Source of the DNA: an uncultured Acidobacteriota bacterium | Lineage (GTDB): Bacteria > Acidobacteriota > Thermoanaerobaculia > Multivoradales > JAHEKO01 | Length of the DNA stretch: 64,000 bases | Direction: 5' to 3' | Assembly (NCBI GenBank): GCA_963713825.1 | Contig: CAVQNG010000004.1 | Location: forward strand, 96,001 to 160,000 | Shown: positions 29,678 to 40,845 of the stretch, piece after piece | How positions within the stretch are numbered: position 1 is the first letter of the stretch | Layout: every line of letters starts with the position of its first letter | Notes under the pieces: model-generated | Database searches by the model: none | Told to the model about the DNA's origin: nothing | The model's input: the letters and a program-made list of their open reading frames with translations, nothing else | Translations under genes and position numbers: made by a program

Positions 29678-30694
29678 ATGTTGAACCCGAACTCATCGAA
29701 CCTCGCCAGGACCAGCGCACCGCCGGTCTCGCGCTTTCTCGACCTCATCGCCGACAAGCTGGCGGCCACCGAGGAAGTGTTTCTCGAGCACCTGCGCTCA
29801 GACGTACCTTTCATCACCAATACCGGCGAGTACATCTTCTCGGGTGGTGGCAAGCGGTTCCGGCCCGCCATGCTCCTGCTGTCCGCTCAGCTCCTGGATC
29901 GGGACAGCGACGAAGAGGTCACCTACGCGGCGATCGTGGAGCTGATCCACACCGCCACCCTGATTCACGACGACATCATCGACCACGCCACGCTGCGCCG
30001 CGGTCAGGTGACCGCCAATCAGCTTTGGGGCAACAGCCTGACCGTACTGCTGGGCGATTGGCTCTACACGACGTCGATGAAGATGGCCTTGAGCCACGAC
30101 AATCTCGAGGTGATTCGTCGGCTTTGCGATGCCACCCTCAGAATGACCGAAGGTGAGTTGCTGTCACAGCAGCGGCTCGGCTCGCTCGATCTCGGCGTCG
30201 ATGAGTACTTCTCGATTATCGAGCGCAAGACAGCTCATCTATTCGCCGCCTCCTGCTCGATCCCCAGCCTGATGAGCCCCAAGAAGCCGGAGGCGGGCAC
30301 GGCGCTCGAGCAATATGGCCGGTCCCTCGGGATCTGCTTTCAACTGGTCGACGACTTACTGGATTTCACAGCCCGCGAAAGCGAAATCGGCAAGCCGGTC
30401 CTGTCGGATCTCACCGAGGGCAAGTTGACGCTACCGCTGATTCTTCTCTTGCCTCGCCTGGACGATAGGCGTCGAGGTCTGATCGAGACAGTCCTGGAAG
30501 ACGGCAGCTTCGACAGAGTGGCACGAGAAGAGATTCTGGACCTGGTGCACTCAGAGGGCACCATCGGGGAAGTCCAGGAGTTGGCTGAAGGGTACGCCGA
30601 GGAAGCCCGTTCGACCCTAGAGATCTTCCCCACCTGTGGCGCCCGGGAGGCCATGGAGTTCGCGCCGGATTTCGTCCTCCAACGGCGTTCGTAG
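29678..30694 (+). CDS. ispB: Long-chain polyprenyl diphosphate synthase (IspB-like)
   Basis: GGKRFRP, LIHDDIID..LRRG, KTA, FQLVDDLLD, GK.TLP. Confidence 0.88.
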   Translation: MLNPNSSNLARTSAPPVSRFLDLIADKLAATEEVFLEHLRSDVPFITNTGEYIFSGGGKRFRPAMLLLSAQLLDRDSDEEVTYAAIVELIHTATLIHDDIIDHATLRRGQVTANQLWGNSLTVLLGDWLYTTSMKMALSHDNLEVIRRLCDATLRMTEGELLSQQRLGSLDLGVDEYFSIIERKTAHLFAASCSIPSLMSPKKPEAGTALEQYGRSLGICFQLVDDLLDFTARESEIGKPVLSDLTEGKLTLPLILLLPRLDDRRRGLIETVLEDGSFDRVAREEILDLVHSEGTIGEVQELAEGYAEEARSTLEIFPTCGAREAMEFAPDFVLQRRS

Positions 30695-31762
30695 GGTCTC
30701 CGATCGCAATCCGAACACTCCACTCGGTCCCGGCTCAGTCGGGATCAGATCAGCCGACCTTCTGGGATTGGTCGGGAAGACCATGGCACCGGTCACCGTG
30801 CCATCTCGTACCAAGACCGTGGCGTACCTGAATCTCTGTGGCAGAGCGTCGCTCCACAGCCAACCCCCTTCCAGGCCTGCCAGAAAGGCTGCAGGACGGG
30901 CCACCGACAGGTCGGGCACTTCTTCTCCCACGTAGATCAACGCCACAGGTGACTCCTCGATGGGGTATTCCAGCGCCAGATAGCCCGTCACCGTCCTGCC
31001 CCAATCGAACGTCACCCAGGGACCGAAGCCCGCGGTCGAAATCGCCTCCTCATCGAAGCGCTTCCAGACCGATGTCCCTCCGCCCTGGCGAAATCGAACC
31101 GCCTTCTCGGGCTCGACGTCGAGCAGTAGCTCCGGGATGGTCGGGCGCCGCCTCACCTTCGTCGGCAAGGGCCAACGGCCCATGGGTGGCAATCCCCAGA
31201 CCACAGGATCTTCGCCCTCCGAAACCTCTGCTCTTGGTTGTCCGAGGCCGCGCTCCCGGTGCCGATGAACGCGCCATGACCCATCACTCTGGATCGTTTT
31301 CGACCGCCTTCCCGCCTGCGCTTCGAGGCGCGCCAGCAGCCCTCCATTTCCCCGGCTGCTCCTCGCTTCGATCACCAATCGGTTCTTGCCGCGCTTCAGA
31401 AAACGGGCCACCGCGTATTCGTCGACAAGGCCCTGGTCGAAGAATCTCCCACCACCGACCTGGACACCATTGATAATGGCAACGTACTCCTCGTCGGCGA
31501 CACACAGCAGGCGGGCCTTCTTGGCCCTGAAATCCAGATTGAAGTCCCGCACCAGATAGTAGGTCTGGGGCTCGGCCTGGCCTTCGTCGACAGCGGCCCA
31601 GATCCATTGCGCCGTGCCTGTTGGTAGCGAGGTCCTGGTCACTGCCCACCGAAAAGCTCGCTCGGCACCGGCCAGGAAAACCAGCAGGACGAGCAATGAA
31701 AGAATCCAGAGCCAGCCCTTGTATCGCCGCACTCGAGGTTCAGATGTCGTTGGCTCTGGCAT
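30617..31762 (-). CDS. Membrane-anchored hypothetical protein resembling the non-catalytic N-terminal beta domains of GH78 alpha-L-rhamnosidases
   Basis: AQWIW, AD..Y..ING..VG, L..GKN.L.I, SD.SW and DWGR...GY patterns; no catalytic barrel. Confidence 0.55.
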   Translation of the reverse strand: MPEPTTSEPRVRRYKGWLWILSLLVLLVFLAGAERAFRWAVTRTSLPTGTAQWIWAAVDEGQAEPQTYYLVRDFNLDFRAKKARLLCVADEEYVAIINGVQVGGGRFFDQGLVDEYAVARFLKRGKNRLVIEARSSRGNGGLLARLEAQAGRRSKTIQSDGSWRVHRHRERGLGQPRAEVSEGEDPVVWGLPPMGRWPLPTKVRRRPTIPELLLDVEPEKAVRFRQGGGTSVWKRFDEEAISTAGFGPWVTFDWGRTVTGYLALEYPIEESPVALIYVGEEVPDLSVARPAAFLAGLEGGWLWSDALPQRFRYATVLVRDGTVTGAMVFPTNPRRSADLIPTEPGPSGVFGLRSETLRTPLEDEIRRELHGLPGATGGEDL

Positions 31763-31848
31763 GTCGAGGGTGAATCTAGCATCGAATCAAGGCGTCCGAT
31801 ACTCCACTAGAGCGTCGCCGACGAGACCTTGGAGGTGACCATTGACTC

Positions 31849-32664
31849 TTGCCGGGCACCGCAGTACATTGGGTCGTGCCCCCCGAAGAATCCTCTTCCG
31901 CTGCGTCAGATGCCACTCCAAGTGTGGTTATCGGAGCCATACCAGCCCGCTACGCGTCCAGCCGACTCAGCGGCAAACCGCTACGCCCGCTTGCCGGACG
32001 CCCTCTGATCGAGCATGTCTACCGCCGAGCGACCGAAGCGGCCCGTGTCGACAGAATCGTGGTTCTGACGGACGACGACCGAGTCGCCGACGCAGTTCGC
32101 GAGTTTGGCGGCACGGTGCAGATGACACCCGTCGAGTGCGCCAGCGGTACCGATCGAATCGCCTGGGCCGCCCGCGACTGGCCCACTGACGCTGCGGTGA
32201 TCAATATCCAGGGAGATGAGCCTCTCATCGACCCTACGGCTATCGATCGCATCGCTGCTCATCTATGTGAGTCTCCAGCCGATCCGATGGTCACCCTGGC
32301 TACAGCAGCCGATCCGGAAGACGCAGAGAATCCCGATGTGGTGAAAGTTGTCGTGGATCGGCAAGGCTACGCGCTGTATTTCAGTCGCTCGGCAATTCCG
32401 TACCCGAGGAGCCCGCAAGACGCGACCGCCTCGCGGCACATCGGCATCTACGGTTATCAAATGGCGGCCCTGCGTCGCCTGGCAGAACTGGAGCCCACAC
32501 CGCTCGAACGCAGCGAATCCCTGGAACAGCTGCGGGCACTGGAGAACGGCATCTCGATTCGCGTATTGCTGACGGATCATGCCTGGGCCGGGGTGGATAC
32601 AATGGAAGACTTGGCTAGGGTGGAGACCTTGCTGACGAGAGGCGGCTCGGCGACCTCCGAATAG
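31849..32664 (+). CDS. kdsB: CMP-Kdo synthetase
   Basis: [42 protein letters not shown]. Confidence 0.95.
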   Translation: MPGTAVHWVVPPEESSSAASDATPSVVIGAIPARYASSRLSGKPLRPLAGRPLIEHVYRRATEAARVDRIVVLTDDDRVADAVREFGGTVQMTPVECASGTDRIAWAARDWPTDAAVINIQGDEPLIDPTAIDRIAAHLCESPADPMVTLATAADPEDAENPDVVKVVVDRQGYALYFSRSAIPYPRSPQDATASRHIGIYGYQMAALRRLAELEPTPLERSESLEQLRALENGISIRVLLTDHAWAGVDTMEDLARVETLLTRGGSATSE

Positions 32665-32695
32665 GCTTCGAGCCGCAATCAAGAGGGGATCTTGC

Positions 32696-34357
32696 ATGGC
32701 AACCAAGTTCATTTTCGTAACCGGCGGTGTGCTTTCATCCCTCGGCAAGGGAGTAGCCGCCGCTTCGGTGGGCGCCATCCTGGAAGCCCGGGGTTTTTCG
32801 GTCACCATCATGAAGTTCGACCCCTACGTCAATGTCGATCCAGGCACCATGTCTCCGTACCAGCACGGAGAGGTGTTCGTCACCGATGACGGGGCCGAGA
32901 CCGACCTCGACCTGGGCCACTACGAGCGCTTCACCAACATGAAGGCCACCAAGGGGCACAACTACACTACCGGCAAGATCTACGAGGCGGTCATCAACAA
33001 GGAGCGCCGAGGCGATTACCTGGGCAAGACTGTCCAGGTCATTCCCCATGTCACCGACGAGATCATGGATGCCATGCGGCGCCTGGCTGACACCGCCGAC
33101 GTCGTTCTCATCGAGATCGGCGGAACGGTCGGCGACATCGAATCCCTGCCCTTTCTGGAGGCCATTCGACAGCTGCGGTTGGAGCTGGGAAAGACCAACT
33201 CCGTTCACCTGCACCTCACTCTGGTGCCGTTTATCGCCACCTCGGACGAGCTCAAGACCAAGCCGACGCAACACTCGGTGCGCGAGTTACGCGCCATCGG
33301 AATTACCGCCGATGCCTTGCTGTGCCGTTGCGATCGACCGTTGCCTGAAGACGTCAAGAGAAAGATCGCCCTATTCTGTAACCTCGAACCGCGCCAAGTC
33401 ATCGCTGCACAGGATGTGGAAACGATCTACGAAGTCCCGCTGAGCTTCTGCCGCGAGGGCTTCGACGACATCCTCCTGGAGCTCCTCAACCTGCCTCAGA
33501 CCCAGCGCGACATGTCGCGCTGGGAGGAGCTTGTCAGCCACATCAAGAACCCCAAGCACCATGTCCGCATTGGCATCGTTGGCAAGTACGTCGAGCTGCC
33601 GGACGCCTACAAGAGCCTCAACGAGGCTCTCGAGCATGGCGGCATCGCCAACGACGCGTCGGTGGAGCTGGTCTACATCGCAGCCGAGGAGATCGAGGCG
33701 GGCAATTGGCCGCGAGAGGTCTTCGACGTCGATGGCCTACTGGTCCCCATCGGTTTCGGCCCGCGCGGCACGGCCGGGAAGATCCGCGCCATTCAATACG
33801 CCCGAGAGCAGAAGGTCCCTTTCTTCGGCATCTGCCTCGGGATGCAATGCATGGTCATCGAGTACGCCCGCAACGTTTGCGGTATCGAGGACGCCACCTC
33901 GACGGAGTTCGACGAAGATGCCAGGCATCCGGTGATCTACAAGCTGCGCGATCTTCTCGGTGTCGAAGAGATGGGCGGTACCATGCGACTGGGGGCCTAT
34001 CCCTGCAATCTCCAGGAGGGAACCCTGGCGGCCCACACCTACGGCGTCAAGGAGATCAGCGAGCGGCACCGCCATCGATACGAGGTCAACCAGAAGTACC
34101 TGCCGCAGCTTGTCGAAGGCGGTCTCAAGGTGGCCGGCATGAGTCCAGACGGAAAGTTCGTCGAGATGGTCGAGCTCGAGGATCACCCCTGGTTTCTGGG
34201 CTGCCAGTTTCATCCCGAGTACAAGTCGAAACCAACGGCCCCTCATCCTTTGTTCGTCTCCTACATCAAGGCGGCTCTCGAAGAAAGCGAGCGACGGCAG
34301 GACCCAGAGAGGATGCGCGAACGACAGAACGTCGTCGCTCTCCAGGAGATCGGATGA
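32696..34357 (+). CDS. pyrG: CTP synthase
   Basis: [41 protein letters not shown]. Confidence 0.98.
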   Translation: MATKFIFVTGGVLSSLGKGVAAASVGAILEARGFSVTIMKFDPYVNVDPGTMSPYQHGEVFVTDDGAETDLDLGHYERFTNMKATKGHNYTTGKIYEAVINKERRGDYLGKTVQVIPHVTDEIMDAMRRLADTADVVLIEIGGTVGDIESLPFLEAIRQLRLELGKTNSVHLHLTLVPFIATSDELKTKPTQHSVRELRAIGITADALLCRCDRPLPEDVKRKIALFCNLEPRQVIAAQDVETIYEVPLSFCREGFDDILLELLNLPQTQRDMSRWEELVSHIKNPKHHVRIGIVGKYVELPDAYKSLNEALEHGGIANDASVELVYIAAEEIEAGNWPREVFDVDGLLVPIGFGPRGTAGKIRAIQYAREQKVPFFGICLGMQCMVIEYARNVCGIEDATSTEFDEDARHPVIYKLRDLLGVEEMGGTMRLGAYPCNLQEGTLAAHTYGVKEISERHRHRYEVNQKYLPQLVEGGLKVAGMSPDGKFVEMVELEDHPWFLGCQFHPEYKSKPTAPHPLFVSYIKAALEESERRQDPERMRERQNVVALQEIG

Positions 34358-35190
34358 GCCGCAACCCGGTAGAGCTCGCCCCGGGAATCCTGCTGGGTGG
34401 CGAAGCCCTGCCTGTCATTGCCGGGCCTTGCGTCCTCGAAGAGCCGCAGCAAGCGCTCGAGATCGCGCAGGCGCTCAAGGCTGTGGGTCATCGACTCGGC
34501 CTTCCGATCATCTTCAAAGCTTCGTTCGACAAAGCCAATCGCAGTGCCTTGAAGAGCTACAGGGGACCCGGACTCGAGGCCGGGCTCGAGGTGCTCAGGC
34601 AGATCGGAAACGCGACCGGGTTGCCGATCTTGACGGACGTTCACGAGGTCAGTCAGTGCGAGACAGCGGCGGAGATCTGCGACGTGCTGCAGGTGCCCGC
34701 CTTTCTTTGCCGGCAGACCGACCTGATTCTGGCGGCGGCCGAGACCGGGCGAGCTGTCAACCTCAAAAAGGGCCAGTTCATGGCACCCGACGACATGCGT
34801 CGCGCGGTGGACAAGGCCCGCAGCACGGGTAACACGAAGGTGAGCGTCACCGAGCGGGGCGTTTCCTTCGGATACCACAATCTGGTGGTGGATATGCGCA
34901 GCTTCGAAATGCTACACGCGGAAGGGATTGCCGTCATCTACGACGTAACCCACTCGCTACAGCTGCCGGGAGTTGGTGAGGAGACCGGAGGGCAGCGCCA
35001 GTTCGCCGAACCCCTGGCCCGCGCGGCCGTTGCCGCCGGCGCCGACGGCCTCTACCTCGAGGTGCATCCCGAGCCGGAACGCGCACGGTCCGACAGCACG
35101 ACCCAGTTGGACCCCATGCGGGCCGAGGCCCTCCTCGCATCCGCTCTCTCGATTCGGCAAGCACTCGTCCAGGAGACAAGCTCCAATTGA
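34354..35190 (+). CDS. kdsA: Kdo-8-phosphate synthase
   Basis: [36 protein letters not shown]; ATGA overlap with pyrG. Confidence 0.96.
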   Translation: MSRNPVELAPGILLGGEALPVIAGPCVLEEPQQALEIAQALKAVGHRLGLPIIFKASFDKANRSALKSYRGPGLEAGLEVLRQIGNATGLPILTDVHEVSQCETAAEICDVLQVPAFLCRQTDLILAAAETGRAVNLKKGQFMAPDDMRRAVDKARSTGNTKVSVTERGVSFGYHNLVVDMRSFEMLHAEGIAVIYDVTHSLQLPGVGEETGGQRQFAEPLARAAVAAGADGLYLEVHPEPERARSDSTTQLDPMRAEALLASALSIRQALVQETSSN

Positions 35191-36164
35191 CCAAGCCAGG
35201 CCCTAGAAACCCGCGCCTGATCGCCCGTCAGGTACTCGAGATCGAGGCGGCCGCGGTTCGCGGCCTCATCGAGCAGCTGGACGAGGACTTCGACCGCGCG
35301 GTAGAGCTATTGGAGCAAACCGAGGGACGAGTTGTCTGTACCGGGATGGGCAAGAGCGGCATCATCATGAAGAAGCTGGCCGCGACGCTCTCCTCGACAG
35401 GCACGCCAGCTCTGTTCTTGCATCCGGCCGAGGCGATCCACGGTGACCTCGGCATGTTGGCGGCGGGCGATGTGGTCCTGGCAGCCTCCTATTCGGGCTC
35501 GACGGAAGAGCTCCTCCGACTGGTCGAGACCTTGAAGAGGCTGGGCATCCCGCTGATCGCGATTACCGCCAGCCGCAACAGCCCGATCGCCAAAAACGCG
35601 AACCTGCATCTGCGAGTCGCGATCGACCAAGAAGCCTGTCCCCTGGATCTCGCACCTACAGCCTCCACCACGGCAACCCTCGCTCTTGGCGATGCTCTCG
35701 CCATGGCGTTATTGGAGGCCAAGGGATTTACACCGGAGGACTTTGCCCGCCTCCATCCTGGCGGCCAGCTGGGCAAGCGCCTCCTGAAGGTCCACCAGCT
35801 CATGCACTCTGGGGAAGATCTGCCACAAGTCGGCCTCGACACACCGATGCGCGAAGCGATTTACGAGATGTCGCGGCAGAAGCTGGGCATTACCGCCGTT
35901 ACCGACTCTTCCCACCATCTGGTGGGATGTATCTCTGACGGCGACCTGCGGCGCCTCCTCGAAAAGGACGGGCAACTCTTGGAGAAATCGGCTCGCGACT
36001 GCATCAAGACGGAGCCGAGGGTCATCCACAGAGACGAGCTGGCTTCGGCGGCGTTGAAGATCATGGAGGACAATCGCATCACCTCCCTCTTTGTCTGCAC
36101 CGAGGCCGGTGAGCTGGAGGGCATCGTCCACCTGCACGATCTTTGGGGGCTGGAGCTCTTCTAG
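35187..36164 (+). CDS. kdsD: Arabinose-5-phosphate isomerase (KpsF/GutQ, SIS plus CBS)
   Basis: GMGKSG, HPAEAIHGDLG, EACP..LAPTAST, HPGG.LG, DGDLRR. Confidence 0.95.
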   Translation: MTKPGPRNPRLIARQVLEIEAAAVRGLIEQLDEDFDRAVELLEQTEGRVVCTGMGKSGIIMKKLAATLSSTGTPALFLHPAEAIHGDLGMLAAGDVVLAASYSGSTEELLRLVETLKRLGIPLIAITASRNSPIAKNANLHLRVAIDQEACPLDLAPTASTTATLALGDALAMALLEAKGFTPEDFARLHPGGQLGKRLLKVHQLMHSGEDLPQVGLDTPMREAIYEMSRQKLGITAVTDSSHHLVGCISDGDLRRLLEKDGQLLEKSARDCIKTEPRVIHRDELASAALKIMEDNRITSLFVCTEAGELEGIVHLHDLWGLELF

Positions 36165-36170
36165 AGCATC

Positions 36171-36716
36171 ATGCCGACTCTCTCGGACAGCGACCTCGCC
36201 CGCCGAGCGACCGAGCTCGAGTGGATTCTCTGCGATGCGGATGGAGTCCTCACCGACGGTGGTCTCTACTACGACCGCCGGGGCCACAACCTCTTGCGCT
36301 TCGACGCCAAGGACGGGCTGGGCCTAAAGATGGCGCAGTTGGCCGGTCTGAAGGTCGGCATCCTCTCGGGACGTGACTCCGCAGCCCTGGAACGGCGAGC
36401 CACCGAGCTCAAGCTGGAGTTCCTGAGTATGGGAGTCGCAGACAAGCGAGCTGGCCTGGAGACCTTCTTGAAGCGCCACAATACCGTCGCCCGACGGATT
36501 GCCTACATCGGCGATGACCTTCCCGATCTGGTGGTCCTGGGCCAGTGTGGCCTTTCCTTTGCTCCAGCCGATGCCGCCCGGGAGGTCCGAGACGTGGTCC
36601 ACCACGTTCTCGACAGCCCGGGAGGCCACGGCGCCGCTCGCGAGATGGTGGAGATCGTGCTGCGGGCGCGCGGCGAGTGGGACCAGCTCTACTCCCGGTT
36701 TACCTTCGACGGCTGA
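36171..36716 (+). CDS. kdsC: Kdo-8-phosphate phosphatase (HAD family)
   Basis: DADGVLTDG, KDG.G, IGDD..D, GG.GA.RE. Confidence 0.92.
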   Translation: MPTLSDSDLARRATELEWILCDADGVLTDGGLYYDRRGHNLLRFDAKDGLGLKMAQLAGLKVGILSGRDSAALERRATELKLEFLSMGVADKRAGLETFLKRHNTVARRIAYIGDDLPDLVVLGQCGLSFAPADAAREVRDVVHHVLDSPGGHGAAREMVEIVLRARGEWDQLYSRFTFDG

Positions 36717-36718
36717 GA

Positions 36719-36755
36719 GGTTGTTGTCAGTCGACTTTGGCGACCGATAACAACC
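36719..36755. terminator. Hairpin between convergent kdsC and tatC
   Basis: ggttgttgtcagtcg / cgaccgataacaacc, imperfect 15-bp stem with 7-nt loop; no long U tract. Confidence 0.5.
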
Positions 36756-36760
36756 AGACC

Positions 36761-36826
36761 TGGGGCTTGGGGCTCGGGCCCTGGGCAGTAAGGGCTTAGG
36801 GGCTTAAGGGCCTAGGGGGCTTAGGG
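36761..36826. repeat. Degenerate 8-bp tandem array (GGGCTTAG-like)
   Basis: gggcttag gggcttaa gggcctag ggggcttag and flanking variants. Confidence 0.75.
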
Positions 36827-37633
36827 TCACTTGGAGTCGTCGTCCGACGGCTCTTGCCTTTCTTCGTCCTTCTTCTTGCTGCGAAGCACGAGAGCTGCTG
36901 CAGCGACGCCCAACAAGTACAGGACGATGGTGGGGAGAGCGAACATGAGCAGGTTCACCACGTCTGGGGTCGGCGTTACGAACGCCGCGGCAATGAAGAT
37001 CAGTAGCACCGCCCAGCGAAACTTGCGGATCAGGAAGCCAGGTGTGACGACGCCCATCTGCGCCAGCAGAAAGATGATGATGGGCAACTCGAACATCAGC
37101 CCCAGCCCCAAGATCACATAGAGCAAGAACCGAAAATAGCGCTCGACCGTGATCATCGGCTGGAACGCCGCACCCATGCCGACCAGGAAGTTCACCGCGA
37201 ACGGAAACGCGACGTAGTAAGCGAACGCTCCACCACCAATGAAGAACAGGCTGCCAAAGAAGATGAAGGGAATGGCCCGTCGCCTCTCCTTCTTGTACAG
37301 ACCGGGAGCCACGAACCGCCAGATCTGATACAGCACCAACGGCGAGGCGATGAACAGGGCCACCAGAGCAGCGACCTTGACGTAGATGATGAAGGGGTCG
37401 GTGACGCCGAGAAAGGTGAGGCGGCTCCCCTCGGGTAGGGCCTTGTAGATGGGTCTGGCCAGGAAGTCGGCAATCTCCCTGACGAAGAACCAGCAGACAA
37501 CGAAGACGATGCCGACTGCGATGATCGATCGGAAGATGCGCTGCCGGAACTCCTCGAGGTGCTCCAGCAGACTCATCCGCTGCAGATCTTCGTCAGAGGC
37601 AGACGGATTCCCAGGCTCAGGGAGAGTACTCAT
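36827..37633 (-). CDS. tatC: Twin-arginine translocase TatC
   Basis: MSLLEHLEE.R.R, W.FVAPGLY..E, FELP, TPTPD. Confidence 0.96.
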   Translation of the reverse strand: MSTLPEPGNPSASDEDLQRMSLLEHLEEFRQRIFRSIIAVGIVFVVCWFFVREIADFLARPIYKALPEGSRLTFLGVTDPFIIYVKVAALVALFIASPLVLYQIWRFVAPGLYKKERRRAIPFIFFGSLFFIGGGAFAYYVAFPFAVNFLVGMGAAFQPMITVERYFRFLLYVILGLGLMFELPIIIFLLAQMGVVTPGFLIRKFRWAVLLIFIAAAFVTPTPDVVNLLMFALPTIVLYLLGVAAAALVLRSKKKDEERQEPSDDDSK

Positions 37634-37648
37634 CGGAGATCTGGGTGC

Positions 37649-38032
37649 CTATTCGGGCTCTCGCGACGGGCCTTCCGCCGATGTCGGGTCGGGTGCGCTG
37701 GGGCTCTCGGGCGGTGCCGGCGCCTGAGTCGTGGGAGATGTCGGCGCGCTGGGCTGCACCGCAGGGACTGTGTCAGGAACGGCTGGGGCCGGATCGACTG
37801 CAGCCGGAACGGCCGGAGCCGGGGTGACCTTTGCCGGATTGGCTGGACGGCTCGCCTCTTCAGCGGAGATTTCGGTATCCAGAGTCCTCTTGAGATCCCG
37901 CGTCGCCCGTCGAAACTCGCCCATAGCCTTGCCCATGGTGCGGCCAATATCAGGCAATTTCCTCGGTCCGAAGATCAACAATGCCAGAACCAGAATAAAG
38001 AGTAGCTCCGGCATTCCCAAAGATCCAATCAT
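37649..38032 (-). CDS. TatA/TatB subunit with Pro/Ala-rich tail
   Basis: LGMPELL..LLIFGPRKLP.IGR..GK...EFR. Confidence 0.9.
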   Translation of the reverse strand: MIGSLGMPELLFILVLALLIFGPRKLPDIGRTMGKAMGEFRRATRDLKRTLDTEISAEEASRPANPAKVTPAPAVPAAVDPAPAVPDTVPAVQPSAPTSPTTQAPAPPESPSAPDPTSAEGPSREPE

Positions 38033-38119
38033 GGCGAAATCTTCCTTCCTTCGATGATCTGGTGACTGGCGAGGAATGTCAAGCCGGTGGTCCACCTTGC
38101 CGAGTGATACACTGCGCGC

Positions 38120-39751
38120 GTGCGACCGCGCTGGAAACTCACAGCTTCGGTCCTGTTCGCTCTGACGCTACTCGTCGCGAGCCTGTTCGGGGACCGACTT
38201 CTCGCCTTGAATCACGAGGCCCGAGAGGTCCTTCGCGTCTACACCGAGCTTCTCGAAGTCTCTCATGAAACCTATGGCGGCGAGACGAACTACAAAGACC
38301 TCGTGAATGCTTCGATCGACGGCATGGTTCGATCCCTCGACCCCCACACCTCGTATTTGACAGCCGAGGCCTACGCCCAGATGAGGGATCGCCAGCAGAG
38401 CAGCTTCTTCGGCCTGGGCATTCTGGTAGGCCTTCGCAACGGACAGATTACGGTCATCACCCCCATTGAAGGCACACCAGCCTCGCGGATGGGCCTCCGA
38501 GCCGGCGATGTCATCGCGGCGATCGAAGGTGAGGCAACCGAGGGGATGAGCATCAACGATGCCGTGCGGCAGTTGAAGGGCCCCAAGGGCACGGAGGTGA
38601 CCATCACCATCAGCCGCCCGGGCCTCGACGAGCCCATCGAAGTGACGATCGTTCGCGACGAAATCCCCCAGATCTCGGTGCGCTACCAGTACATGGTCAG
38701 TCCCGAGACTGGCTACATTTCGATCAGCGACTTCAATCGCGGCACGGCAAGAGAAGTGCGGGAAGCCGTCCAGGTCTTGCGCGAGCAAGGTATGACGCAG
38801 CTGCTCGTCGACTTGAGAACCAATGGCGGCGGTCTGCTGGACCAGGCAATCGAGGTGGTTCAGCAATTCCTACCACAAGGTTCGAAGGTGGTGGAAACCC
38901 GGGGTCGCACGCGAGACTCCCACCAGGAGTACTTCTCCGAGGATCCCTCACCAGCTCTCGACCTACCGATGGTGGTTCTCGTCGGAGAAGGCACGGCATC
39001 GGCAGCCGAGATCTTCGCAGGTGCGATTCAGGATCACGACGTCGGTCTCATCGTTGGAACCCAGACCTGGGGCAAGGGGCTCGTCCAGACCGTTTACAGC
39101 CTGTCCTACGGCGCTGGGCTGGCCCTGACGACAGCCAGGTACTACACACCCTCTGGCAGGCTGATTCAGCGGGACTACAGCTCGTGGTTCGACTACAGCA
39201 CCCACTCGAACGGGGTCAATCCGTCAGAGATCGAGGCCGAGGACAGTGCAACAGCACTCGAGATCGAAGCCTTTCGCACGGATCTGGGACGCAAGGTCTA
39301 CGGCGGCGGCGGTATCAGTCCAGACGTGATCATCGAGCCGCAGGAGATCCCGACCCTGCTGCAGATTCTCCTCAGCCAGAGCGCTTTCTTCGACTTCGCA
39401 GTCAGCTACGCCAATCAACATCCGATCGAGAGTCGAGAATGGCAGGTTCCAGACCCACTCCTCGAAGAGTTCTACAACTGGGTCGTCGAAGAAGAGCTCA
39501 TCACATTGGACGAACTGACGGAGCAGACTGCTGACGCTGCGGTCTCGGAAGAAGTCCGGCGCAACCTCCGTGGTGAGCTGCTCAACTCTGCTTTTGGCAT
39601 CGAGGCCCGCTACGAGGTGATTGCCGAAGGCGATCCCCAGATCCTCGAGGCCCTGACCCTCTTCGACGACGCCAAGAGCCTGCTTGCCCGAAGGCAGCTA
39701 CTGCTCGACAGCGATAGTCAGCCGGAAAAGACCGCTAGCCTCCCCGATTGA
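38120..39751 (+). CDS. S41 carboxy-terminal processing protease (CtpA-like, PDZ)
   Basis: LDPHT, DLR.NGGG, TASAAEI, T.GKG.VQ, TTARYYTPSGR. Confidence 0.93.
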   Translation: MRPRWKLTASVLFALTLLVASLFGDRLLALNHEAREVLRVYTELLEVSHETYGGETNYKDLVNASIDGMVRSLDPHTSYLTAEAYAQMRDRQQSSFFGLGILVGLRNGQITVITPIEGTPASRMGLRAGDVIAAIEGEATEGMSINDAVRQLKGPKGTEVTITISRPGLDEPIEVTIVRDEIPQISVRYQYMVSPETGYISISDFNRGTAREVREAVQVLREQGMTQLLVDLRTNGGGLLDQAIEVVQQFLPQGSKVVETRGRTRDSHQEYFSEDPSPALDLPMVVLVGEGTASAAEIFAGAIQDHDVGLIVGTQTWGKGLVQTVYSLSYGAGLALTTARYYTPSGRLIQRDYSSWFDYSTHSNGVNPSEIEAEDSATALEIEAFRTDLGRKVYGGGGISPDVIIEPQEIPTLLQILLSQSAFFDFAVSYANQHPIESREWQVPDPLLEEFYNWVVEEELITLDELTEQTADAAVSEEVRRNLRGELLNSAFGIEARYEVIAEGDPQILEALTLFDDAKSLLARRQLLLDSDSQPEKTASLPD

Positions 39752-39827
39752 CTTCGCTGGCCGGGCCGCCTACGACTCCGGCCTCGATTGTCCAGGTTCT
39801 GTGTATGGGTGAAGGCGTCGAGCTGCG

Positions 39828-40763
39828 CTAAGAATGGCCGTCGAGGGCTTCCAAGTGGGTCCACAGCAAGCCGGGTAGAGAATCGACGTCGTAGCCTCCT
39901 TCCAGCAGGACCAGACATCGTCCGTCGCAGATCTCCTCCGACAGGGCGCCAAGCCAATGACCCCACTCGCGGTACCCGTCCTCGCTGACTCGCATACCGC
40001 CGAGAGGATCGGCCTGCCAGGCATCGAAGCCGGCGGAGATCAGAAGTATCTCCGGTCGAAACTCTTCTAACGTCGGCAAGAGAACCGCTTGAAAAGCGGC
40101 CTGGAAAGAGACATCACCCGCTCCGGCAGGCAGGGGAACATTCACTGTCGAGCCCTCTCCTTCTCCCGTCCCGCGCTCGTCTGCAGCACCGGTACCGGGA
40201 TAGAACGGGTAGCGGTGGGTGCTCAGGTAGAGGACGTCGCGCTCGGCCTCGAAGATGTGCTGAGTACCGTTGCCGTGGTGGACGTCGAAGTCCACGACCG
40301 CCAGGCGCTCGGCCCCTTTTTCGCGACGAAGGTACTCCGCTGCCACAGCGACGTTGTTGAAGTAGCAGAATCCCATCGCCCCGTCGCGCTCGGCATGATG
40401 ACCTGGAGGTCGCACGGCAGTCATACCTCGCCGTCCGACCCCATCGGCTACCCAATCAGCGGCGGTCAGGGTCGCATCGACCGCGGCTCGAGCCGCTTTC
40501 CAGGTCGATCCGCAGAGTGGATTGTCCGGCGTATCGAGAAAAAGATCACCGCGTTCGACGGTGCTCGAAAAGCGAGCCAGGTACCGTTCAGAATGCACCG
40601 CGGCGACGGCCGGCTCGAAGCCCTCATGGTCACCGGCCTCCTCGACTTCTACCTGACGACGATGCAGAAACTCGAGGATGCCTTCGAGACGCTCAGCCTT
40701 CTCGGGATAACCGTCCGGAACTCGATGCAAGAGACATCTGGGGTCGGAAAACACTTTCAGCAT
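39828..40763 (-). CDS. Histone deacetylase family protein (class II-like)
   Basis: RPPGHHA, GFCYFNN, DFDVHHGNGT, SAGFDA, LEGGY; start MLKVF. Confidence 0.92.
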   Translation of the reverse strand: MLKVFSDPRCLLHRVPDGYPEKAERLEGILEFLHRRQVEVEEAGDHEGFEPAVAAVHSERYLARFSSTVERGDLFLDTPDNPLCGSTWKAARAAVDATLTAADWVADGVGRRGMTAVRPPGHHAERDGAMGFCYFNNVAVAAEYLRREKGAERLAVVDFDVHHGNGTQHIFEAERDVLYLSTHRYPFYPGTGAADERGTGEGEGSTVNVPLPAGAGDVSFQAAFQAVLLPTLEEFRPEILLISAGFDAWQADPLGGMRVSEDGYREWGHWLGALSEEICDGRCLVLLEGGYDVDSLPGLLWTHLEALDGHS

Positions 40764-40845
40764 GGCTTGCGAATCATAGCTCACTCTCGGCGCTGAACGT
40801 GCCCGTGAGGTGGTCCTCGTACAGAGGTCGCAGCAGCCCGCATGC

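Noticed and set aside
33706-34353. N-terminal extension of the kdsA ORF; similar extensions at 17735, 25027, 40913 and 48150
   Set aside because: Longest-ORF artefacts overlapping neighbouring genes; motif-bearing sequence starts later
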